A stretch of DNA of 64,000 nt from a virus. Its lineage: Duplodnaviria > Heunggongvirae > Uroviricota > Caudoviricetes. Positions 1 to 9,814 of this stretch are shown piece after piece. The notes under the pieces are model-generated. The model was given only the letters and a program-made list of their open reading frames with translations, was not told where the DNA came from and ran no database searches. How positions within the stretch are numbered: the first letter of the stretch is position 1; each line of letters starts with the position of its first letter. The stretch spans positions 103,998 to 167,997 of IMG/VR virus record IMGVR_UViG_3300049215_000227; one strand, given 5' to 3'. Both the position numbers and the translations under genes were made by a program.

Positions 1-50
1 CGAGAAGTGCATGGCGGAAGGCTTTCAGCCGCAGGTTGTGAGGGAGAAAA

Positions 51-599
51 ATGGCTAATCAAGTTCTGTACTATCATAAGTGTAACGATTGCCTAACTCC
101 GTTCTCAAGCACGGAGCCAAAGGTCGATCTCTGTGACTGCAACGGTGAAGTCACCTTCATGGGCATCGTTCAAGGCGACAAGTACGTCAAGACTGAGAAT
201 AGACCTGCGTGCGATGGTCGCTGCACCCACGCTCATGGTCCTGTCTGTGACTGCGCATGTCATGGAGCCAACCATGGAACTGGTCGCGTCGTCATGACTG
301 TCGTTAAGGAAGGAAAGGTTTGTGTCGTTGACCCTTCTGCTGACATTCATGATGACATGGTTCGAGGCTATAAGTTTCGCGAAGCGCGCGATTACGCTGA
401 GAAGATGTACGCTCAGATGTTCGCGTCCGAACTTCAGGACAAGAAGTTGGGTAACTTCGTGAGTCGCGATCGCTGGAACAGCATGACGCTCGTCCGCAAT
501 CGTCTCGACAAGATCCTCGCTCTTCGAGTGTACGAGCGCAGACAGAAGGAGTTGTTGGAGTTCATCGTGCAGAACAGCGCGGTGAAACGCAGCTCATGA
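51..599 (+). CDS. hypothetical Cys-rich protein (CxC/CxxC clusters)
   Basis: 182-aa ORF with an upstream GGAGAAAA ribosome-binding site (RBS) and several CxC/CxxC pairs suggesting metal binding. No enzyme motif recognised. Confidence 0.5.
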   Translation: MANQVLYYHKCNDCLTPFSSTEPKVDLCDCNGEVTFMGIVQGDKYVKTENRPACDGRCTHAHGPVCDCACHGANHGTGRVVMTVVKEGKVCVVDPSADIHDDMVRGYKFREARDYAEKMYAQMFASELQDKKLGNFVSRDRWNSMTLVRNRLDKILALRVYERRQKELLEFIVQNSAVKRSS

Positions 600-817
600 T
601 AACTTATCTGATTCGTCAAGACTCAGACTGGCAGTTTACTGTGTCCAAGTGGGACGGTGGGATCTTGCCGGTCGCGGTCTACCGAGTTGAGATCGTCGCG
701 AGCGGAAGGTCTAAGTGCAACTGCGCCTCTGGTTCTCACAGAGGATACTGCAAGCACACTGATCTTGTTAAGGACTGGCGCAAGCGAGGCATGCCGATGG
801 AGGAACTGATCGCTTGA
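596..817 (+). CDS. SWIM zinc-finger-like small protein
   Basis: 73 aa with CNCASGSHRGYCKH (a CxC...CxH SWIM-type motif). The start overlaps the upstream stop codon (ATGA). Confidence 0.4.
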   Translation: MITYLIRQDSDWQFTVSKWDGGILPVAVYRVEIVASGRSKCNCASGSHRGYCKHTDLVKDWRKRGMPMEELIA

Positions 818-972
818 TCTGGTTCGGCTTAGCTCTCGTTGTATTGCTGCTAATCTTCTCATAGTTGTCCTCCGATAGGCCATGGACGGCCGACCTCTCA
901 CGCGCCACGCTGACACTGCTACGCCAGCGCCACCTTTATCCCGATCCTAAATCTAACAATATCGGAGGAGCT

Positions 973-1158
973 ATGGCTATTCTATTGTATGGACTAGTCT
1001 TTTTGTTCTGTCTCAAGCAATGGATGCCTGAGTGTGAGGAGCGAGAAGACTATATCGTCGCCGTTATCGGTTCGCTTTTCTGGCCAATCTTGTGCGCCAT
1101 CTACGTGGCGCTTAACGAAGAGCAGATGGAAAAACTATCATCTTATCTGGGGGAATAA
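973..1158 (+). CDS. small membrane protein
   Basis: Internal ATG preceded by GGAGGAG. Two hydrophobic helices (ILLYGLVFLFCL, IGSLFWPILCAIYVAL). Confidence 0.35.
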   Translation: MAILLYGLVFLFCLKQWMPECEEREDYIVAVIGSLFWPILCAIYVALNEEQMEKLSSYLGE

Positions 1159-1159
1159 C

Positions 1160-1582
1160 ATGAGTCACGTTGTACCTGATACGCTGGTGAGGATGTTTGT
1201 TCGCGCTTGGAATCGCGATAATGACGGCTGGTGCAGAGTAAGTCGCGATCGCATCAACTTCGGTTGGTGCTATCAATTCGCCATTCTCCTCAAGAGGCTG
1301 CATGGTGATAAGGCGACAATTCTGAGTGATCAAGGTCATGTATGGGTGAGAATCGGCGATAAGCATTACGACACCGATCATCCTCGAGGCACGAAGAACA
1401 TCTTTGAGATGGTGACTGGACGTGGCGAGCCGAGAGAGATGACGGAGGAGGAGGTCGTCCACTTCTGGAAGCATGGAGGAAGTGGTGAGGTTCAAGACGA
1501 GCTCATCAGCAGCATTTTGAACGCCTATCTCAAGAACAATCGTCCGTCTGTGTGGGAACGATTGAAGAGGAAGATCGCTTGA
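1160..1582 (+). CDS. hypothetical protein
   Basis: ATG at 1160 follows the upstream stop directly. 140 aa, no recognised motif. Confidence 0.45.
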   Translation: MSHVVPDTLVRMFVRAWNRDNDGWCRVSRDRINFGWCYQFAILLKRLHGDKATILSDQGHVWVRIGDKHYDTDHPRGTKNIFEMVTGRGEPREMTEEEVVHFWKHGGSGEVQDELISSILNAYLKNNRPSVWERLKRKIA

Positions 1583-1950
1583 GCGTTGTGAACGAGTTTG
1601 AGGTAACTAAAGTTCTCTTATCCAACGAGCAGAAGAAGGTAATGATGTCGGACTCGAGAGGGTTTGGCATCAATACCTCTTTTGAGTTCGATTTCTTTTG
1701 CAAAGCTACTGGTATCGTCAACGCTTATTTCTTCTTCAATGCTAAGGTTAGCAAGTGTCTCGTGGTGATGAAGAGTCCAGATGCCGCTGGCTACTTCAGA
1801 TGCGTGCTTATGAAGTTTTGGGTGGAGAGTGAGATGCCTGTTCTATCCGCTCGCTGGTATTTAGAGCAAGATAAGGTTATCTCAGCGATTGCTAACGAGT
1901 TTAAAGAGAAGTACGCTTCCTATCTTCTTGATAACATTATCAATTCGTGA
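1552..1950 (+). CDS. hypothetical protein
   Basis: 132-aa ORF that overlaps its neighbours. Confidence 0.4.
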   Translation: MGTIEEEDRLSVVNEFEVTKVLLSNEQKKVMMSDSRGFGINTSFEFDFFCKATGIVNAYFFFNAKVSKCLVVMKSPDAAGYFRCVLMKFWVESEMPVLSARWYLEQDKVISAIANEFKEKYASYLLDNIINS

Positions 1951-2201
1951 TTGGTATAACAGACCTGATGAGCAAAAAGATCATAACGGGCAATAGTCGC
2001 CCGCACATCATACTCAACGGTCAAGCCATGAAGTGGTACATGATCGACGAGTTCGATGATAAGTGGTCTAACAAGTACGCGGTGCGCGCAGAGAGGTTGG
2101 CTTCTCGTTATAGGAGCGATGAGGTTCGCTCTGAAGTTATGTACAACCACATCTACAGACTTTGTGAGCTCTTATGGAAGCTGAAAGTCCTACACCTGTA
2201 G
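1947..2201 (+). CDS. hypothetical protein
   Basis: 84-aa ORF whose start overlaps the previous stop. Confidence 0.35.
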   Translation: MIGITDLMSKKIITGNSRPHIILNGQAMKWYMIDEFDDKWSNKYAVRAERLASRYRSDEVRSEVMYNHIYRLCELLWKLKVLHL

Positions 2202-2446
2202 CTAGACCTGATCGCCTACCAGATCACGTGACTCATTATGGCAGCGCGTTTTGGTGGAATGAGATGGTATACATGGGCGGCGATGGATCATTGGGATCGA
2301 TGAAGATCGATGAGGATACTGGTAAGCTCATGCTTCACTATAATGGTGGAAGAGTAAGAGAACTTAGTCCAGATGTAGTTCAGAAGCGCAATGAGTGGTG
2401 GTATCAAACGTTTGAGCGCCACGTGATCGGAGATGACAGTGACTGA
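2174..2446 (+). CDS. hypothetical protein
   Basis: 90-aa ORF. Confidence 0.35.
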   Translation: MEAESPTPVARPDRLPDHVTHYGSAFWWNEMVYMGGDGSLGSMKIDEDTGKLMLHYNGGRVRELSPDVVQKRNEWWYQTFERHVIGDDSD

Positions 2447-2771
2447 AGAAGAGTTTGCCAAGAAATCTCCAATGGAGAAGTGGGCTCACATCTCGTCAGT
2501 CATGGAGTATATCGTCAGCATGGATAGGTTTGTGGAGCTGCGCTCACGTTACAACACTAATCACCCTGAGGAGCAAAGACAAGAAGAGCGTCGCAATATG
2601 CGCATCGACCAGTATCAGCGATGGGCTCACATAAAGAATCTTTACGCTCAGCATCGCGATGAGCTAGCAAACACTTTTGAAGTTGCTAGATACGCTGAAT
2701 GTAAGTCAATACTTGAGCGCATATTCACTATGGAAGTGGACGATGCACTTAAGGACATCTTAGATCGGTAA
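2433..2771 (+). CDS. hypothetical protein
   Basis: 112-aa ORF. Confidence 0.4.
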   Translation: MTVTEEEFAKKSPMEKWAHISSVMEYIVSMDRFVELRSRYNTNHPEEQRQEERRNMRIDQYQRWAHIKNLYAQHRDELANTFEVARYAECKSILERIFTMEVDDALKDILDR

Positions 2772-2835
2772 TCCCGAGACTACGATTTGTTGTCAAAAAC
2801 CGTAACCCATGAACCCAATAGGAGGGATTTTTAGT

Positions 2836-3336
2836 ATGGGCGTACAATCACAGAAAGAGGCAGTTTTTTCTGCCGTCACGTCGGTCCTGAGCGAAGCTGG
2901 AGTGAACGTGAATGAAGGCGATAACTTCGCTGATCACCTGACTCGCGAGCATCGTGCTCAAGTCACCAACATCCTCGTTGAGGGTTTCAACAGCGGCGCT
3001 ATCGAGCTGTCGAAGTCCTTCTCGAGTGAGGCTGACCTTCGCACGTATTGCTCAGGACTCACGAGCAACTGGCTCCGCAAGGACACTCGCATGAATGGCG
3101 GCACGAAGTATGTCGCTAAGAATCCGGGTTCCCGCGTCGGTTCCTCTGATCCCCAGCTGAAGGCGATGCGAATGCTTCTCAGCACGAAGACTGATCCGGC
3201 TGAACGCGCTGAGATCCAGTCCTTCATCGACTCCCGCGTCTCGGAAGTGAAAGCTTCCAAGAAGCCTGCTAAGTCGATTGACTTCAGCGCGCTCCCTGCT
3301 GAGCTCGCCTCGAAGTACAGCTCGAGCAACAGCTAA
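2836..3336 (+). CDS. paralog-family A protein (C-terminal SIDFSALPAELASKY motif)
   Basis: ATG at 2836 after GGAGGGA. Clear paralog of 7102..7509 (shared LRTY(C/V)SGL(T/I)SNW(L/V)RKD..(M/L)NGG and DPQLKA(M/L)). The C-terminus carries the SALPxELxxKY motif also found at 5412..5603 and 35471..35776. Confidence 0.55.
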   Translation: MGVQSQKEAVFSAVTSVLSEAGVNVNEGDNFADHLTREHRAQVTNILVEGFNSGAIELSKSFSSEADLRTYCSGLTSNWLRKDTRMNGGTKYVAKNPGSRVGSSDPQLKAMRMLLSTKTDPAERAEIQSFIDSRVSEVKASKKPAKSIDFSALPAELASKYSSSNS

Positions 3337-3351
3337 GGCACAAGCAAAATA

Positions 3352-3390
3352 ACCCTCCTCATGCTTGACTGCGTGGGGAGGGTTTCTTTA
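3352..3390 (+). terminator. rho-independent terminator
   Basis: ACCCTCC...GGAGGGT hairpin followed by TTTCTTTAT, just downstream of the 3336 stop. Confidence 0.5.
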
Positions 3391-3528
3391 TGGATTTACT
3401 TCTAGCATACTTTATATACTGCGCGGTGATTGCTGTTTGCGGTGGCGAACTCGTAATACGATTCTGCTATCACAAGAGACATAATCCCGATTCTAAGATT
3501 TCTCAGGCAAGATGACCTAGGAGGAAAT

Positions 3529-4227
3529 ATGAAAAGATTTTATGTGTTGGCGATCATGTTGGCTTGTTTAAGTGGATGCGGCGGTTCGCCGTCGTCTGAG
3601 TCTCCCGTTCCCGCTCCACCGATTGACGTTCCTCAACCTGATAACTCAATAGTTCACGGACAAGCGTTCATCACGATCACCAACGATCAGATGTCTGCTA
3701 TGAATAAGTTGATGAACTGGTTCATGCCGAGAGCATACGCATCGACAGGTTCCACGTCAGTGACGTACGTCAACTCGCCAAACACTACGTTCACGATCGA
3801 CGTGAGCGGATTAGCTCCGACATTCACACCTACCTTCACAGGAAACACCTTGAACTTGGGACAAGTTGTTGTCTCGTCTCTCAAGGATAATAACCTGAAG
3901 GTGTGTAACCCGGGTGGAAATACTAAGTGTACTCAAGCGATTATTAGGGTGTACACTACAGGTACTATCAGTGGCTTTGTCAATACTGCAGACTCGTATG
4001 GTGCTCCTGTCTACACTGGGACTCTGAACCCGACGACCGCACTAGGATTGGGGTCAGCTAACTCAGTACAGACAGAGTTGTACACCATCTCCAGTTCTGT
4101 CCACAACATTCAGAGTGTGACTCAGGCATTTCCGAGTCACACGTACTCAGTGACATCTGACTTCTCAAACGCCGGCGCAGGTTCCTATAGCATGACATAT
4201 GTAGTGGAGTACGCTCTGGCTCCTTAA
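3529..4227 (+). CDS. lipoprotein (secreted/envelope)
   Basis: Signal peptide with lipobox (MKRFYVLAIMLACLSGCGG) and a Thr/Ser-rich mature part. RBS AGGAGGAAAT. Confidence 0.55.
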   Translation: MKRFYVLAIMLACLSGCGGSPSSESPVPAPPIDVPQPDNSIVHGQAFITITNDQMSAMNKLMNWFMPRAYASTGSTSVTYVNSPNTTFTIDVSGLAPTFTPTFTGNTLNLGQVVVSSLKDNNLKVCNPGGNTKCTQAIIRVYTTGTISGFVNTADSYGAPVYTGTLNPTTALGLGSANSVQTELYTISSSVHNIQSVTQAFPSHTYSVTSDFSNAGAGSYSMTYVVEYALAP

Positions 4228-4249
4228 TCAACAAGAAAGGAGGAGTGTT

Positions 4250-4711
4250 ATGAGAATGATCTTACTCGTACTCCTAGCACTCCTCTCTTCGTCTTGTGGT
4301 CCACCTCCCGATCCCTCCATCACTCAAGACCCAGAACTTATTCCATTCATTAAGACCTTTGAGAGCGAGATTGGCGTTGATGCGAGCCATGTATCCGCCA
4401 CATTCAGCAAGTTAACGTCACCAGACATCGGCATGTGCGACTCGTATGATGATGGTCGCAGAGACATCTACATAGATAGAGACGAGTGGAATCAGATGGA
4501 TTATGTGGGCAGAGAGCAACTCATGTATCACGAGTTAGGTCACTGCGCCATGAACCTTGAACATAACAATAATTACGTAACATTGCCAGGTGGAACTCAG
4601 GTCTACGGTAGCATCATGAATGAGTATTGGTTTGGTGACGCATGGTTCTACTCTCAGTATCGTCAGAACTACAAGACAGCTCTCCGCAACAATACGTTAA
4701 TGCAACCTTAA
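4250..4711 (+). CDS. lipoprotein zinc metallopeptidase (HExxH)
   Basis: Lipobox LLSSSCG, an HELGH zinc-binding motif, and a downstream NLEHN. RBS AGGAGGAG. Confidence 0.5.
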   Translation: MRMILLVLLALLSSSCGPPPDPSITQDPELIPFIKTFESEIGVDASHVSATFSKLTSPDIGMCDSYDDGRRDIYIDRDEWNQMDYVGREQLMYHELGHCAMNLEHNNNYVTLPGGTQVYGSIMNEYWFGDAWFYSQYRQNYKTALRNNTLMQP

Positions 4712-4843
4712 TGTGCCGTTAGCTCGCAAGGGCGATGAAGGCAACCGGTGGGTGGGTCGGCGCAGTCGCTGACCCGCTCACTGACACTGCTACGCCGGGC
4801 GCCCACTGTTGTTTCCGAACAGATGATAACGACGGAGGTTTCT

Positions 4844-5038
4844 ATGCACATTTACCAAGGCATCATAGTGAAGCAAGCCGATCAGAAATGTGTCGCTGCT
4901 ATCCTCAGACTTACTCCTTCCGAGCCCAATTGCGATACCGTGATGGAGCATGGACCTTGCGACGAGGAAGAAGCCACCATCTGGCTGGATGACGAGATGT
5001 CTCGCCTTACCGAAGGCAGAGGAGTTTGGGATGTTTGA
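4844..5038 (+). CDS. hypothetical small protein
   Basis: ATG after GGAGG. The stop overlaps the next ATG (ATGTTTGA), which suggests translational coupling. Confidence 0.4.
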   Translation: MHIYQGIIVKQADQKCVAAILRLTPSEPNCDTVMEHGPCDEEEATIWLDDEMSRLTEGRGVWDV

Positions 5039-5381
5039 GCTCTTATTAAAGAAGTTACCGTGGGTATCAGGTCGCCAAGGATCTGGCTATAACAAGATCT
5101 GTCTCTTTCAGTCTAAATGGCTGATGTGCGACATGTATCTTCTCTACTACCCGCAAGGCAGTCGCATTGCTGCTCACACAGATACGGTTGAATCCGGTCG
5201 TCACTACAGACTCAACATCATGCTTAAGAAAGCTAAGAAAGGTGGCGACTTCGTATGTAAGGACGCTACGTTTCGCTGGTGGCGCATCGCCTTGTTTCGC
5301 CCAGATATTCAGGAGCACATGGTTACCACGATTCAAGAGGGATACCGCGTAATGCTCTCGATTGGCTGGGTCAAACCTTAA
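5031..5381 (+). CDS. 2OG-Fe(II) oxygenase-like protein
   Basis: AAHTDT...GRHYRLN... resembles the HxD...H jelly-roll of prolyl hydroxylase / AlkB-type enzymes. RBS GAGGAG. Confidence 0.4.
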   Translation: MFELLLKKLPWVSGRQGSGYNKICLFQSKWLMCDMYLLYYPQGSRIAAHTDTVESGRHYRLNIMLKKAKKGGDFVCKDATFRWWRIALFRPDIQEHMVTTIQEGYRVMLSIGWVKP

Positions 5382-5411
5382 TCCTGATCCTAAATGATAG
5401 CAGGAGGAAAT

Positions 5412-5603
5412 ATGTACAAGAACATCACTAAGACAGAAACGGTTGCTGAGTTTATGGCTCGTGGCGGCGAGATCAAGAAGGTTGCTGCCAAAGGTCCCAA
5501 GAAGACCTATCGCAAGACGATGAAGGAAGCCGAATTCGTCGAGGAGATCGACATGTCGGCGCTTCCGACGGCTCTCAAGATCAAGTATGGCGTTAAGTCG
5601 TAA
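5412..5603 (+). CDS. paralog-family B small protein (KTETVAEFMARGG ... IDMSALPTALKIKY)
   Basis: RBS AGGAGGAAAT. Paralog of 35471..35776 (TETVAEF(M/L)ARGG N-terminus, SALPxxLxxKY C-terminus). Confidence 0.5.
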   Translation: MYKNITKTETVAEFMARGGEIKKVAAKGPKKTYRKTMKEAEFVEEIDMSALPTALKIKYGVKS

Positions 5604-5805
5604 TCCGTACCAAGCGGTCTTCGCTGTCTGCGGGATGCTTGAGCGGTTAGGTATTCATAGTGCAATCTATGTTCACCAAGATGAAGTTCATGACTACGTC
5701 GATCGTAGAGAGGAAAGCGCATGGCGACTAGCAAAAAATCTAGAGCAAAAGCTAAAAGCGGTCAACCTAACTTGTTTCTCACAATCTGCAAAGATTGTAA
5801 AATAA
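5587..5805 (+). CDS. hypothetical protein
   Basis: 72-aa ORF. Confidence 0.3.
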   Translation: MALSRNPYQAVFAVCGMLERLGIHSAIYVHQDEVHDYVDRREESAWRLAKNLEQKLKAVNLTCFSQSAKIVK

Positions 5806-5894
5806 GACTTGTGGTTCGTCCGGAAAACTCGAAGGCTTGCTACCTTTGCAAGTCGCCGAACATCTCCAAAGAGCCATGGAAGTGAGCATAACTC

Positions 5895-6167
5895 TTGGAT
5901 ACTATTAAGGAATTCCATCTTGTTCGAATCGAAGACGAAACAGGAATTAGCGGAACAGGTGTGGTCGCTCGTGGTGTGGTCCTTCCTTCTGGCGCTGTTG
6001 TTATGGAGTGGCAAACTTTTCACTCTTCCATCTGTGTTTATAAGAATATTGGAGACGTCGAAGCGATTCATGGGCACAACGGGAAAACCTTGGTAGTGAT
6101 GGGCGCGCCGAAACTTCCTAAGCAAAAGAAAAGTCGAAAAAAGAAAAATGCGGATTCTGAAGCCTAA
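5895..6167 (+). CDS. hypothetical protein (Lys-rich C-terminus)
   Basis: 90 aa with a KQKKSRKKK tail. Confidence 0.4.
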   Translation: MDTIKEFHLVRIEDETGISGTGVVARGVVLPSGAVVMEWQTFHSSICVYKNIGDVEAIHGHNGKTLVVMGAPKLPKQKKSRKKKNADSEA

Positions 6168-6591
6168 CTGGTACGGCCTTGATCACAGCAAGGTTTCCAG
6201 CACGTTTGAAGGCAATCCCACGTTTGTGAATGACTTCTGTGTTCGCGGAGAGTATCAACCTTCCGCCGTCTATTACTGTCCTAATCCCAACCGCAGAAAG
6301 AAGCATAGAAAGTTTGTGCTGTTGACCAGTTCTGGTGGTCAGATGTACATCAGAGGAATGAGTCCTCGCGAGATGAACAAGTTTCGCTACCAGGACGCAG
6401 TTCATTGTTTGAGTTGCGACGATGTCGTTTACAGTATCAATAGGCATGACTTCAGACATTGCTCCTGCGGAAACGTCTCCATTGATGGCGGCAAGGATTA
6501 CACTAAGATTAGTTTTAAGTCAAAAGCTAAGTATAAAATGGTTGTTCTTGACTTACTCACCGACCTCATTTCTGATCCTAAGAAGCGATAA
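6148..6591 (+). CDS. hypothetical Cys/His-rich protein
   Basis: 147 aa with CLSCDD...HDFRHCSCG. Confidence 0.4.
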   Translation: MRILKPNWYGLDHSKVSSTFEGNPTFVNDFCVRGEYQPSAVYYCPNPNRRKKHRKFVLLTSSGGQMYIRGMSPREMNKFRYQDAVHCLSCDDVVYSINRHDFRHCSCGNVSIDGGKDYTKISFKSKAKYKMVVLDLLTDLISDPKKR

Positions 6592-6596
6592 CAAAT

Positions 6597-6797
6597 ATGC
6601 GTCAAGACTGTGAACGCTGCGGCGAGTATGCAGAATGCAAAGACGGCATTTGCAACGATTGCCTATTAGAGGATAACGGAGATGAGACTACCGAAAAGAG
6701 AGAGGGAGAAGAGGAAGAGGCTGAAGAAGCCGAAACCTCGAGTTCCAGTCGCTCCTCCTGGAAAGCGACACAAATCAAAGCGGGATTACAAGCGTGA
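6597..6797 (+). CDS. small zinc-ribbon/acidic protein
   Basis: CERCGEYAECKDGICNDC followed by a poly-E tract. Confidence 0.4.
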   Translation: MRQDCERCGEYAECKDGICNDCLLEDNGDETTEKREGEEEEAEEAETSSSSRSSWKATQIKAGLQA

Positions 6798-7042
6798 CAA
6801 GCGCATCGACTACGACGATTGTCATTACGAGTAGCCATCAGTACGAATCGCTATGTCGTCTATTGGAGATGCTAGAAGCATTTAAGATAGAGGCTGCGCC
6901 TCGCAAGCTGTTCACGCTGATGGAAGAGGAAGGTCCTTACTGGACGATATGCGACGGCTGCGCAGAAACGACCGCAGATTGCACGTGTGTTGACAGTATG
7001 CGCTACTACGCCGAGTACGACGACGAAGCAAGCTACGATTAA
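6794..7042 (+). CDS. hypothetical protein
   Basis: 82 aa with a CDGCAETTADCTC motif. Confidence 0.4.
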   Translation: MTSASTTTIVITSSHQYESLCRLLEMLEAFKIEAAPRKLFTLMEEEGPYWTICDGCAETTADCTCVDSMRYYAEYDDEASYD

Positions 7043-7101
7043 ATTCAATTTGTATAATATCCTTGTGATTGCGTTTTTGTGCAATCTAAGGAGAGAGCAA
7101 C

Positions 7102-7509
7102 ATGACTCAAAAAGACGCGGTTTTCAGCGTGATTACGTCCGTTCTAGCTGATGCTGGTATCAGCTTCAACATGGGAAATACGGACGTAGGTGCAGTTCTA
7201 ACGAAGGAATTGCGAGCGAAAGTGAATGGCTCACTTTGTCAGATGATCTTGAATGGAGACGTAGAGTTCTCTAAGTATAGCGAGGGCAGCGTTTCGATGT
7301 CTGAGCTTCGTACTTACGTCAGCGGTCTCATCAGTAACTGGGTGCGCAAGGACCCAAGACTGAATGGTGGCGCAACTACGGCCAGCAGAACCTCTTTAGA
7401 TCCTCAACTCAAAGCCTTGAAGAAGCTGCAGTCTACTCAGACTGATCCTTCTCGTCGCCTTGAGATTCAAAACTTCATCGACAAACGGGTCGCTGAACTC
7501 TCTGTGTAA
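7102..7509 (+). CDS. paralog-family A protein (second copy)
   Basis: RBS AAGGAGAGAG. Paralog of 2836..3336. Confidence 0.55.
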   Translation: MTQKDAVFSVITSVLADAGISFNMGNTDVGAVLTKELRAKVNGSLCQMILNGDVEFSKYSEGSVSMSELRTYVSGLISNWVRKDPRLNGGATTASRTSLDPQLKALKKLQSTQTDPSRRLEIQNFIDKRVAELSV

Positions 7510-7523
7510 GGGGTTCAGCTTAA

Positions 7524-7537
7524 TTCTGAAACTATAG
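7524..7537 (+). promoter_or_regulatory. promoter-like motif B (TTCTGAAACTATA)
   Basis: One of four copies of TyCyGAAACTAT (7524, 35269, 36023, 37298), each 20-60 nt upstream of a gene start. Confidence 0.4.
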
Positions 7538-7554
7538 AACGCTACGGAGGTGTT

Positions 7555-7812
7555 ATGGGCATCAATCTGTATAAGGTTTCTAAAGTGAATTGGGCTGTTC
7601 AATCCGAGCACAACGAGGAACTGCAAAACTTTCCCAGCATTGAGAAGGCAGCAGAGTACCTTGAAACCCTCGGAGTGCCAAGTGACGAGATAGACTTCGC
7701 ACTCATCGATATGATGGGCAACGACAATACCAGGGCTCAATTTGGTGTTCTCGAAGGCCGATTCATATTCAGTGATAAGGCGAGACCCGATGAGCTCCTT
7801 GGCGTCGCATGA
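7555..7812 (+). CDS. hypothetical protein
   Basis: 85 aa. RBS ACGGAGG. Confidence 0.45.
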   Translation: MGINLYKVSKVNWAVQSEHNEELQNFPSIEKAAEYLETLGVPSDEIDFALIDMMGNDNTRAQFGVLEGRFIFSDKARPDELLGVA

Positions 7813-8311
7813 CGAGATCCCTCAGCAATATAGCATGAAAGTAATGTCTGAGCTCCTCACTCAAGCCCATGTGATTGGGATTGATATTGAGGAGCTCATT
7901 GCATTTTTCGCTACTCAGATTCAAGCAATGCTCTCTGCTCCTCCCAACTACAATATGTGGGGTCAAAAGGAGCGCGTGTGGATCATGCGAGGTTTCTATC
8001 CTGATACCTCGCTCTTCTTCAAGATAGTTTTGCTGCCCACGAATAGTGAGTCCAGACCGCCTTACTATGCAAAGGTATCTCCACTGCGAGTCACTGGAAG
8101 ACGTGGTGAGTCATTTACGACGTTTCGCAGTTCAGACTTAAACGAGAACATCACCAACAAGATGGAGAATACCTTCTTCAGCGCCAATCACGAGATCAAG
8201 CCGTTACTCAATAACAAGCTCAAGATGCCTCGCTGCATGTCTCCCAAAGGAGTGCATGTCTTCCGATACAAGAAACCCCGCAAGAGGAAGGGTCGTGAGA
8301 AAACTAATTAG
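7742..8311 (+). CDS. hypothetical protein (start uncertain)
   Basis: 189-aa ORF that overlaps 7555..7812. The true start may be an internal Met. Confidence 0.35.
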   Translation: MVFSKADSYSVIRRDPMSSLASHDEIPQQYSMKVMSELLTQAHVIGIDIEELIAFFATQIQAMLSAPPNYNMWGQKERVWIMRGFYPDTSLFFKIVLLPTNSESRPPYYAKVSPLRVTGRRGESFTTFRSSDLNENITNKMENTFFSANHEIKPLLNNKLKMPRCMSPKGVHVFRYKKPRKRKGREKTN

Positions 8312-8708
8312 CGTCATAGCACTATTGCTGCCTGTGCTAGCCAGCGCAGATCAGCTGGGACTCAACAACGTCCCACTGTTCTGGAACGTTCTGGGTGAGA
8401 ATCCCATGTACCACGACGCTGCATTCAAGGCGCAAGAGGCATTCCTAATTCAGACAGGTGTAACTCCTGCAGCTGATAAGCTGAGTGGTTATGTCACCAC
8501 TAAAGCGACAAATACAGTTACCACGTTCGTCGACAAGGATACTCCGCTTGATTCTAAGACCCTGTTCTTCCTTATCGGCGCGATGTATGCAGTTGGAGTG
8601 AAGAAGCATGTCCAGAGGTCTTTTAGAGACCCATTCTTGCCGTTCGTTCGACATACGGTGGACGTTAGTCCGGACACGCAATCAACGGGAATTAGTATAT
8701 CTTTCTGA
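8256..8708 (+). CDS. secreted protein (signal peptide)
   Basis: LISVIALLLPVLASADQ signal peptide. Possible GTG start at 8295 after AGGAAGGG. Confidence 0.45.
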   Translation: MSSDTRNPARGRVVRKLISVIALLLPVLASADQLGLNNVPLFWNVLGENPMYHDAAFKAQEAFLIQTGVTPAADKLSGYVTTKATNTVTTFVDKDTPLDSKTLFFLIGAMYAVGVKKHVQRSFRDPFLPFVRHTVDVSPDTQSTGISISF

Positions 8709-8714
8709 GGATTT

Positions 8715-9011
8715 ATGAAGCTTTACTATCTAAACGACGAGCGAAGAGAAATGACTGTGAGGATCTTGGATGCGCGCTATGACCCAACGACTGGCCAAGG
8801 TGATGTCTACGTTAAACTTGCTTCTTGCGAAGGGCGTCTTCTGGATGTTCAGATTCCGGCTGGACACGTTCCTTATGTGAAGAAGTGGCCGAACATGGTA
8901 ATGATTTCATATATCGATCCTGCTGTTCTAACTCAATCCGATGAACAGCCTCCACAAGCGGAAGACGCGCCAGAAGATTACGCTCTGCACATTTTTGATC
9001 GTAAGGAGTGA
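8715..9011 (+). CDS. hypothetical protein
   Basis: 98 aa. Confidence 0.45.
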   Translation: MKLYYLNDERREMTVRILDARYDPTTGQGDVYVKLASCEGRLLDVQIPAGHVPYVKKWPNMVMISYIDPAVLTQSDEQPPQAEDAPEDYALHIFDRKE

Positions 9012-9141
9012 GGTCATGTTTGAGTTCACAGTACCCGCAAATCGGGCACTTGCTCCACCAGAAGAACTCAGGATGGGGCTCCATGCGTGCTAAGTGGCAG
9101 AGAGTGCAAACCATCAACCCATTATCTCACGAGTTTGAGTC

Positions 9142-9528
9142 ATGACTTCAAAACAAAATGTCGGCAACCTAGTTCAAACCCTAATAGGATCCACTTGCAC
9201 CCACGTGGCTAGCGGTATTAGGAACCAGCACAACAGGTTCACGTACGTGCGAGCCATGGGTAGATGTCTTAACCTAGTTAAGGACTACGGTAATGACTTA
9301 GTTCGCGCGAAGAGAGAGCTGGAGAAGCTGCAGAGAACGCTCCCCAAAACTTTTATTAGACGCTTTGAGATACTGCGATCTACTAAAGGCTATTACATGA
9401 TGGGAGTGCATCACTCACTCGAAGCCGTCAACTCCATCCTGATCCGATTTGAGCAAGGATACTCGCATAATGACGAATTCTTTGTTCGCAATATACTGGA
9501 AGGCAAGGGTGAGAGGGATGAACGTTAA
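9142..9528 (+). CDS. hypothetical protein
   Basis: 128 aa. Confidence 0.4.
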   Translation: MTSKQNVGNLVQTLIGSTCTHVASGIRNQHNRFTYVRAMGRCLNLVKDYGNDLVRAKRELEKLQRTLPKTFIRRFEILRSTKGYYMMGVHHSLEAVNSILIRFEQGYSHNDEFFVRNILEGKGERDER

Positions 9529-9814
9529 GTACGCTCAGCTCAAGAAGGCTCTCGAGCAGATTGGATATAAGGGTGGATTAGGCGACAAGCCTAACACGGT
9601 GCTCGAGGTTATCTATAGGGAAGAGGACGTTGCGAAGGGCGTTCTTGGCGAGTGCCTAATCATCAAGTGCTCTACTACTAAAGGTCCAGATAAGTACGAT
9701 GACTGGAGAGAGCAGACGAGCGAGTGGACCGTAGAAGTCTACGCCGAGCACGAGAACAGAGAACCTCGCCTCATCCTCAATCAAACTACCACGTTAAATA
9801 CAACTACTAAATGA
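9518..9814 (+). CDS. hypothetical protein
   Basis: ATG at 9518 after GAGAGGG (MNVKYAQLKK...). Confidence 0.4.
   Translation: MNVKYAQLKKALEQIGYKGGLGDKPNTVLEVIYREEDVAKGVLGECLIIKCSTTKGPDKYDDWREQTSEWTVEVYAEHENREPRLILNQTTTLNTTTK

Noticed and set aside
4735-4992. ORF 4735..4992 (+, 85 aa)
   Set aside because: It overlaps 4844..5038 in another frame, has a His/Arg/Cys-rich odd composition, and lacks an RBS.
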